64,000 nucleotides of DNA from Octopus vulgaris. Lineage: Eukaryota. The notes below the pieces were generated by a model. It was not told the DNA's origin. It worked only from the letters and a program-made list of their open reading frames with translations, and did no database searches. A program made the position numbers and the translations under genes. The stretch lies in assembly GCA_951406725.2 (NCBI GenBank), contig OX597820.1:39742001-39806000 (forward strand), in the 5' to 3' direction. Below, in pieces: positions 54,148 to 64,000 of the stretch. How positions within the stretch are numbered: the first letter of the stretch is position 1; the number at the start of each line of letters is the position of its first letter.

Positions 54148-57100
54148 ATATATATTTATATATATATTTATTTATATATATTTATATATATATGTTTTGT
54201 CTGAAATAGATTTCAAGATATTTCTAGATGGACCCAAGTGAAATATTTATTCAGCAAGTCATATATTTCGAAAGAAAAAAATTTTGAATACAAATTTAAA
54301 ATACGAATATCATATTCATCATCGCAAGATGTTTACATGTGCAGAGTCGTAATCAATATTTCTTAAGTTTGATGTATAAGCAAATAAAAAAAAGTATATT
54401 TTGGGAAAAGCGAATAAAAAAGTCAAAGAAATTTAAAGATTGTCTCCAAAATGTGCTGCATAAAAATCAAATATATTTTTTTTCAAACGCTTTCAAATTA
54501 TGATAAATCACCATTCCTAGCATCAAAGAATTTATCAAATTTCAATTGAAAAACGTTCCACGATGTTTATTTGGAAGGTGAAAAATATATTTCGCTTTCT
54601 TTCTGGTATATCTGTCTGCAAAGAGGATTGTATATAAAACGTCTTTATGGTTTCTCCTTCATTTTCATTTAAACGATTAACAGCAGGAATGGAGGAGCGT
54701 ATGCTTTTAAAATTATTATTTTTATTATATTTATTTCTGTTTGGAAGAGAAAGTCTGCCGCCTGTAGCTTATGCAAATCAATTCAGGCTGGTGAAATAGA
54801 ATGCGGATGATGCTCAGTTTTAACGTTTGTTCAGAGATTTGGAGTAGGAACGAAGCGCTCTGTGACTCAGTATCTAATTGAGAAGGAACGAGAAAGTGTT
54901 TAGCGCAGATTTTAGTGTCGGAGAATAACTAGGAAAGGATTTACAAGTGTATTGATGTGAGATGGTAGGCGAGGTTGTTAAGTCGCGGGAGTAAAATATT
55001 TTGATAAATTGTAGAAGCAGTGAACTAGAGTAAGCAACATCTGAATACAGGGTTATAGCTGTGGAAACTAAAGAGTGAATAGTTTTCATTTAACGAAACC
55101 GCCAATTTGCAATTCGATGTATTTTGTAATACGAAGAAATCTACAGGCAAAAATATAAAAAAGTAATAGATGCGTTTTCAAAGTGAAAAATAAAATAAAT
55201 CTAAATCTTATACCACGAGTGAAAAATAGCTGATGAATATTTATGAAATATGAATTCTACAATAAGCAAAATAAGCAAAACAAACATTTTAATGTTAAAA
55301 GAAATGTTTCGTTTCCACCAACTACATCGGAACGAGTTCGTGCATTTCGATTTTGGGGGATTAACCATGCTATAGATAATCTCTCGATCTGAAAAAAAGT
55401 TTGGATTACTTTGATATCGTTGTCATCTGCAAACCAATCATCGATAAGTTCATAAAGACTATGTTAATGGACCTACATTGTGCGTTGTTTCTACAATCTG
55501 TATTATTTCTTTTTGTGCTATACATAAATTCAAAATCATCGAAATCCGCTGCAACTTCATCATCAGGAATTAAACTGTCAAACACAAAAAGAGAGTAACA
55601 TTTTAACCATGCTGCCAACAGACTGGATGTTTTAACAGAAGTCATAATTACAAATGCAAAGACTTCATTTTTAATAGTGAATCAGCATTAAAAGTCGAGG
55701 ATAGAAATCTTGATGATGATGAAGTGCTTCGTAAAATTATTTCTAAAGTGACATTTGAAACTCTGGGTAATTTCTCGGTCTCTAAGTACCATAGAAAATC
55801 TTTTGTTCGCTCATTAATGCAAATAATTCCACGATTTGGTGCTAACTTCGTGCAGATGGACCTTAGAGGTGTCAACGAGTAAAGATACATTTAGTATTTA
55901 AAGGATTATCCATATCATCTAAATTAATTTACTCATATTTTGTACATTAAACCGAATTGTTGCCAGAAATTCTTGGATAATCCAATTTAGAAAAAGTTTT
56001 TTTTCTCTCCATGCATTCGTTTTGGTCTTATAAGATAACGATAAATGCAGTAGTCCCTTCATGGTTCTGGAACGATGGGTCTTAGCAATATTGAATAATG
56101 TTATCGTTTGTCGATCGAATGTAAATTCTCATGTCAGGGCTGCTGAACTTTATATTTGAAAAGCTAGCCCTTGATTAACTGGAACCAACCAATGTTTATT
56201 ACGTTGGAAAATATTTCCAATAAAAGCCAGTTTCATCGGCGTTGACTATTTGACCAACAGTAAAATTATATTCCTTGACAAGTACATCAAATATCAGATC
56301 TAACTCTATAACTGCTTCAACTTCTGTTGATTAGTGTTTCCAGCAGTGTTCACTTGTTTCAGGCGTAAAATACAGAAAATGAGACACAGCTTTATCTCCT
56401 CCCATTGCAATGAGCTTTATTTGGCCAAGCATTTGAGTCATTCTTCATTTTGGTCATAGGCTTAATCAGTCACACTTTACCTTGGGCTTACCAACTACTT
56501 CACTGATAAGACAAGATACACTGGAGCTTCTCCACTCTCGATCTCCAAAATATTACAGTTATATAAGTTATTTTGCAACAACGTACAATTTATTACATCT
56601 GCTATATTCTACAGGATCGGCCGCTTGAGCTACGGTAGGACTCTCTATGTTTTCGATCCACTTGTTATAAACTGCAATCAGAAATCCTGCTCATAGAATC
56701 ATACCGACTTAGACAACGAATGAATACACGCAGAGCGTAGCTCTGTATTGACGAGATGGTCACGATTGGAATTCTGGGCTAAATAACAGCAACAACATAA
56801 ATGTTTTGGTTTCAAATAAAAGATCGATAACGTTTTATTAGAATAGAAGAAAGAATGTCGTAGAGGGATGGACGTTTGTAAAGAGCAGTTAGTGAAATAT
56901 CGGGCAATTTTTGAAGTCAGCAAGAAGAGGCAGAAAATTAACATGATATCCAAGTGACAGACCAACTTTCTAGATACCGGAGACTCTGCACTTGGACGAA
57001 ACAGCACAAGTATTATTAGAATATTCACCATGCTATGTCAAAATCAAAAACAGCCAGATCACTATGAATAAAGAGAAAATGGAAAAGTAAAACATTCAGG

Positions 57101-57508
57101 GACTCTTATTATCTCCACTACTATTCGGCTTAGCTGTGATCCTATTACCACGTCCGATAACTGGTTATGTAGATGATTTTTAAAAATAAGTATTTAGAAG
57201 AGATAAAACTCAGCTGTAAAACTAATTACAATTCTATATGATTTCCACTAAGTTAAAACGATAAATATAATAGTAGAGTACTAGACAACTGTGCCAAATC
57301 TATTCTAAGAAGAAGCAAATGTAAATATGATGACGTTAAATTATAAAATAAAATGCGAAATATTATTTGACAGAAAATCAAGAATTTGAGATTGAAAACA
57401 AAAGAAAAAGAATAGGAGAAGCAAGAATGAGAAGGCTGAAGGATGATAAGAAATGGGGGAGCTACAGATGTAAAAGAAGAGAAAAGAAAAGAAATAAACA
57501 AATAAATG

Positions 57509-57770
57509 CCATGATGCAGTATCAAGCAGTGGTTCTCATGGCTTATGATCTTAACTGATTTAGAAGTGCTATCATGTGTATTGCTTTATCATGGTATAAA
57601 AGATGGGTTACAGCAAATATTCTGCTCCATACCACAGATTTGTTTGTCATTTGTGTGAACTTAACCAGTGTCTATTGTACCCTTACCAGACGGGTAGTTA
57701 TGATGATATTGGGCTTCGTATATTTGTACCCAAGTGTCAATTTGATGGCATACACTGATCTTTCACTCAA
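57509..57770 (+). mobile_element. Internally deleted copy of the ~560-bp (TAA)n element
   Basis: The 5' part matches 49992-50150 and is joined directly to the 3' part matching 50455-50548; (TAA)/(GAT) tail. Confidence 0.8.
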
Positions 57771-57798
57771 TAATAATAATAGTAATGATGATGATGAC

Positions 57799-57909
<111 letters not shown>

Positions 57910-58019
57910 TGTGAAAGTTTCATCCGTATTCATCCAGCAGTTCTTGGGGTATCTTGTTCACAGTCAAGCAAACAAACAAACAAAACTGAAAACAATAATT
58001 GCGAGGAGTGTAACGTGTT

Positions 58020-59740
58020 TCCTAAAGAGAAGTATGGTGGGATGGAAAACTGAACTGACATCTTACGGTAAAAGCCTGGGCAACATGGATATCAGAAGAG
58101 GGATTTTCCAGGTTGACAGCCCATCTCCGTTGCTTGTCGTTCTCTGCATGATACCCCTACCTTAGTACTCAGGAAAATGAACATGGGGTAGTAAATAAAT
58201 GAAAGATCTCAAATAATCAGCACTCTCCTCTTCATGTGTGATTTGAAACTGTATGGCAAAGATGAGACAAAAGCGAGTTCCTTGGTGGACACGGTACACT
58301 GTTTTAGTACTGATATTAAAATGGAATTTGGACTCAAGAAGTGCAGAATACTCTATCTAAAATGGGGCATGATGCAGTTCCTAATAGGTATAAAATTACC
58401 GAATAGAGACTTGATTAAGGAAATTGAAACGGAAGAATACAAATACCTTACTTTGCTAGAGATCAAAGATATAATGGAAAAGGAAATGAAAGAGCAACTG
58501 ATGATGGAGCATTTCCGAAGTCTGAGGTTGGTGCTGCGCTCAAAATTGACTGGATGGAATAAAATCAAAGCAGTTAATACATTGGCGATACCATCACTTC
58601 GGTATGAAGCGGGAATTATAAAATGGCAAGAGAGACAAATGAAGAAAATGGATACCAAGACCAGAAAAAGGTTGGACACCGATAGGGTGTACTTATCCAG
58701 GAGGAAGGGTGGGAGAGGCTTTATCAGTTGCCAGGATTGTATCGAAACAGAGTAAAACAGCCTAGAATGGTATATAAAAATACCGTGGAGCCACTGTTGA
58801 AACACACGAAGGCCGTAACTGAAACAAAAATTGTGTAACTTAAAGAAAAATTTAAACAACAAATGAACAAAAAAAATGTAAAAAGAAAGCATGGAAGGAA
58901 AAGAAAATGTATGGTCAGTTTTCAAGAGATGTGAACGGCAAGACGCATGCAGTGGACCAGTGGCTATAGATGAAGAGACCTGACCTGAAGAGAGAGACAG
59001 AAGCACTCGTACTCGCAGGAACAAGCGCTAAGGACTAATTATATAAAGTGCAGAATAGACAATACTACCGCTAGCGACAAATGCAGAATGTGTGGTGAGA
59101 AGGTTGTAACGGTATTGCACCTTGTTAGCGAATACCCGAAGTTGGCACAACGAGAATAAAAAAGACGCCATGACAATGTAACAAGAATGAGCCATTGGAA
59201 ACTCTGTGGAAATGAGGACCTACAAAGAACAAAGACATGGTATAAGCAAACCCGAGGGGTGTCACCGGGAATGAGAATTGCAAACTCCTGTGGGATTCAA
59301 TGATCCAGTGCGATAACCTGACCAGACATTGGAAACTGGACATTGTTGTGGTGAATAAAATACAAAGAACATGAATAAAATACAAAGAACGGTAACAACA
59401 AGATGAACGTGAAAGAAGAAGAAAACATAAACAACTATGGAGGTTTGAATTGGGAAATATGAATCATGTGGTCAATGAAGAGAGTAGACGTGATACCAAA
59501 AGTAATTGGTGCACTTGGAATTATCAGCACTCAACTACCAACATGGCTGAAAAATATCGGTGCAGGTGTGAAGGTAGAACATCTACAAAAATCAATATTG
59601 CTTGGAAGGGCAACAATTCTTCGCAGGGTTCTTGAAGCATGACTCGTAAAACATATGTCATCTTATTCTGCTGGCTGTGGACAGCTGACAATTTCCATCA
59701 TACCCAGCAATATAAGCAGTAAGTTTTAATTCTATAAAAA
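58020..59740 (+). mobile_element. Dong/R4 LINE 3' half, decayed, with TAA tail
   Basis: IRRGIFQVDSPSPLL, FMCDLKLYGK, RVYLSRRKGGRGFI, CRMCGEK..TVLHLVSE, RRHDNV and LQKSILLGRATILRRVLEA*. Confidence 0.9.
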
Positions 59741-59890
59741 TAATATTAATAATAATACTTTCTATTACAGGAACAAAGTACTTAATTTATTGATCGCCAT
59801 CAGTGGAATTTGAACTCAGAACTTAAAGACAGACCAAATACCTCTAAGCATTTCACCCTGCGCGCTAATGTTTCTGCTAGCTGACCGACT

Positions 59891-59946
<56 letters not shown>

Positions 59947-59984
59947 TGATGATGATGATGATGATGATGCTGATGCTGATGATG

Positions 59985-60035
<51 letters not shown>

Positions 60036-60077
60036 TAAGTGGTTTCAAATTTTGCCACAAGGACAGCAATTTTGGGG

Positions 60078-60116
<39 letters not shown>

Positions 60117-60117
60117 T

Positions 60118-60487
60118 ATATAATATAAAATCCCTTCTGTCTGTCTGTGTGCGTATCTTCTAGAATCTCTGGCAACCACCACCCGATTGCGCTCAAATTT
60201 GATATGTAGATACCGACGGTATCAGGGCATGTATAAGTCTTGAAAAAATTACAAAAATCGATTCCAGGTGAGAATGCAATCGATAAAGTGAATAAAATCA
60301 TTTTTCTTTGGAATAGAAAAAAAAGTCTATCTTAATTTTTTCTTTTGCTGGTGTCTCAAATTTAGGTTAAATCTGTGTTTCTCAAAAGGGAGGCCTATGG
60401 GTCGGTCGGACAAGTTGTTTTGAGAAAATTTGGTTTAAATGTTTGACAACTCAGCACCGTCCATTGGACGGTGGGCGTTTTGCTCGT
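60118..60487 (+). mobile_element. Non-autonomous Helitron-like element
   Basis: 5' TATAATATAAAATC...CTGTCTGTCTG. Subterminal hairpin CACCGTCC-ATT-GGACGGTG followed 9 nt later by CTCGT (CTAGT-like); inserted in a TA tract. Confidence 0.6.
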
Positions 60488-61715
60488 ATATATATATCTA
60501 TATATATATATATATACGCACACCACACAAGCGCACATATACACACACATATGTATGTATGAATGTATGTATGTATGTGTGTTTATGTGTGAGAGAGAGA
60601 ATAAGAAAGAGAGAGATTAAAAGAAAGTTACGCAATACATGGAGTAGCGGTTCCTTGTCTATTTTTCGATCCATGTGCTATGAGGTAAAGTTTTCAAAAT
60701 AAATATACTTCCTCGCTGTTTCGTTCAGTAATCTGAGTTATACTTCTATCCTCGCCAATAAATGGTAAAATAAGAAATTGAAAGTACTTTGAAATCGTGT
60801 CCAAATGATATTGAATTCAAATAACTATAAAAGCACTAACAATGAGATTTTACATTTTTATTGACGAATGATGAATAGGTGTCAGAACCAAATACAATGT
60901 TCTGAATTAAACTACTTCATTAGCAGTACAGAAATTAAGAAATATACAATTGCAAGTCGTTAAATCTAAAGTGATGCAAAGACGGGAAAAATTTATATAT
61001 TTTTTTCTTTATATAGCTCTATATTTTCTTCGTTAAAAGTTCTAAAATTTTAAATGAATAAAATGAAATGTGCAAATTTAGTATCAATAAAGTTGCCCTC
61101 GGTCTCAGCAAAATGTATCCTCTGGGAGTTAGAGAGAGAGACCAAGAGAGACCAAGAGAGGGAGAGAGAAAGAGAGACCAAGAGAGGGAGAGAGACAGAG
61201 AGAAAAAGAGGGGGGAATATATGAGAAATAGAAAGTTAGAGAGAGAGGAGGAGTGAAGGGAAGAAATATAGAGAGTGAGACGTTGAATTTATATATGTGT
61301 GCCCATCTACGTCTTTACAAATACACTAAATATATGACCCAACATAATTTAGTATATATCATTTATTTCGTCAAACGTATGTATTCATACATAACAGGAA
61401 AAGAAATCATCTTTCATACACGTATATACGACATACGTAGTTGGATGAAAAAAGGAATTGTATAAAGTTTTCATGGTTCTTCAGATACTTGTGTCTTTTC
61501 CCGTTTCGGCGAAATAGAACGAAAGAAATACGTTTCTCTTGATATATCACTGCACAAGAAATTGGTGTTCTTTCGAAAGATCCTTATGAGCTGTGTTTGC
61601 TATTCTGAAAGCGTGGAGGAATTATGAAACACCTGAATTTTAACATAGACGTCAGTGAAATATATATACATCCAAGAAAACAAGGGTACATACGGTTTTA
61701 TTGTGTGCCTGTTCG

Positions 61716-61758
<43 letters not shown>

Positions 61759-62699
61759 GCATGTTTATGTATATATGTGTCCATGTTCGTGTGTACGTTT
61801 ACACTTAGATATATATTTTTCATAGCATTCTAATCAGTATTCATTAACTGAATGATGGCACTGTAGTATAAAGGTTATCAACCCAATTTAACCAAAACTC
61901 CCTTTTGGTCCTTGAAGTCACTAATGCCACCTTTCTAGAAAATATTACTTATACTATCTATTTTGATATCAGCAGATAAAGATTAAAAAATAAAAGACGA
62001 TAGATATGATAATAACAACAACAACAGTAATAATACTAATTTACAATAATACAAGGAGCTCTGCACTGAATAGTAGCATGGATGTGCTACACCGGGTTCC
62101 CTTTTCAAATACAAATCTAATTTGATAACATCGGTGGAACGGTATAAAGGAACATGTGGAAGACTTGAAGTAAGTGGTCTTTTAACGAAAATAATCACAA
62201 AAACGAAATTTTACTTCTATACAGTTTCTCCTATGCACGATGTCTCAGTGAATCACGTGTGAAACACACACGAAATCAACACCGGAATGTCTACAAGTTA
62301 TAAGATATAAATGGAACAAAACAGTAAGTAGATAAATTGAGTAATTACACATACACTCGAATATCTACACAATCATGTATACATTTTAATATCCATAGGA
62401 CTACACATACATCCCAATATTTACACAACTACGTGAAATTTACAGGACACACATTCACGCATATGAAAACACGTGTCACAAACGAAGCAAAAAATTAAGA
62501 AAAACAATAGAAAACTATTTTTTCATTATTCGAACTAACACAGACAGAGTGAACAATTCATAAGTTTAAAAGCATTCCCCAAAAATCTATGCCCAGAGAT
62601 AAATCTATCAACAAAAAAAATACAGACGAATAGAGATCTGTTAACCTTGAGAAGCTACGTTACGAGCACTGTTTACATACAGAGAACTCGGAGAAGGTG

Positions 62700-63850
62700 T
62701 TGTCTCAAAAACTTAATCTTAAACAGTCAGATCCGTTCCCTAATGTCTACGTCCAAGCTCGTCATGCCTCAATGATAATAAAGCAAAATACAAACCGGAT
62801 TGGTTGTCAACTGGAACAGCAAGGACCACGTACTCGTATGATGAACCAGATTCGATTCAAAGAATCAGCTACTGGTTCAAATCTTTCCGAAACTCGGGAA
62901 CTGGGAGTACCCCACAACCGGAATATTGCAAGAGAAGGACCCCAGGCTCTTCAAATAATTAAAAGAAAAAGAATGAAAATTAGTCTAGGGGAGATAATAA
63001 AGACGTTCTAACATGCCATATATTTCTCCGCAAATAAATCTAATACTGTACAAACCTACTTAAACTGGAGACAGAAACACATTGAAGACTGTAGAAACAC
63101 CTACAAAGACTGTAGTAAACTTGCCAACGTCAGACGTAATATTATGAAAAAGATATTAAAAACTGAATTACAGATTGAACAAATTAAACAATCAGTAAGG
63201 GATAAAAGGAACGAAGCTGCAACTAAAGAAGATACTAAGGAGGAAATAATTACAGACCCGCCTAGGGCTGATAGAAATGCAATAATGATTGAAAGAGTTA
63301 ATGTAATTGATTAGCAAAGTGAAATAATCTCTGAACCAACCATAAGCACCAAGGCAGATGAAATTCAAGTATATGAAGAAAGTCACATAGAAATTGATCC
63401 AATAGAACTAGATGATCTAAAAATTAAACCATGATTGAATGGCTGATAAAAAAACCCAGTATAAATGAACGTGACACTCTCTTAAAAATTCACAACCTGA
63501 AAATAATTGGTAAAATCCGCCTTGCACTTAAGGATATGATCTTGATATTGCAAATTTCAACCACCTGTAATATGTATCCACGAAGATCTCAAAGATTCTA
63601 TGTGGTGAAGAGATTAGAAAACGGCAACATTCTCACAAAAGCCTACTTCGCATCAGCGTATTCAAAACCAAATTCAGCTATTTAGTTTTGACATAGAATG
63701 TTTAAAAAACCTTAAGTTTGACAAGACTATCAAACAAACAAAAATCCGAAAATAAAAGGAAAAGTATGATATGCAAACCATACTTGACATCGAAACCACT
63801 GTAAAATTAATAAAATATATAAAGATTATTTCGCAACCGTCACATTCAAT
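62700..63850 (+). mobile_element. Probable R4/Dong N-terminal ORF region, heavily decayed
   Basis: WRQKHIEDCRNTYKDCSKLANVRRNIMKKILKTELQIEQIK resembles the R4 N-terminal KLAN.RR motif. Confidence 0.45.
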
Positions 63851-63929
63851 TGAACCGCAGCAAGTAATTTGTTTTCTTTTCTACAAAGGATTAGAATATT
63901 AATTATCTGTTCTTTAAATTCTATTAAAT

Positions 63930-64000
63930 TAGTGGTTCTTAACATTTTGGCATTCAGCGCCCCCTTTCCCACCAATGGTGATTTTCAAATGCCCTTCCCT
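63930..64000 (+). mobile_element. Possible hAT/Charlie-type terminus
   Basis: AGTGGTTCTTAAC...GCGCCCCCTT at the window end. Confidence 0.3.

Overview
This is AT-rich animal DNA saturated with microsatellites and transposon relics. The SINE and LINE families look cephalopod (Octopus-like); that is an inference from repeat content only. I found no host protein-coding exon, and almost all ORF-track entries are microsatellite translations or decayed transposon fragments. Content: a young 5'-truncated CR1/L2-group LINE (14331-16871, 774-aa ORF), many R4/Dong, L1/Tx1, RTE and CR1-type fragments, Tc1/mariner relics, MITEs and several tRNA-derived SINEs. Most interesting signal: four copies (17076, 25571, 41834, 45695) of a ~0.8-kb non-coding, TA-embedded mobile element. 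Each carries the hammerhead ribozyme core motifs in a scrambled, non-circularly permuted strand order ([III-UH-I] then [II-GAAA-III] then [I-CUGANGA-II]), with compensatory changes in the helices between copies; one copy has a mutated GAAA. Other notable signals: three conventional minimal hammerheads, retrotransposon subfamilies each ending in a different microsatellite, an R4 family nesting in its own (CATA)n, a LINE-SINE pair sharing a 3' tail, a 40-bp templated patch, a probable ~0.9-kb inversion and a 180-bp palindrome. Coordinates of decayed elements are approximate.
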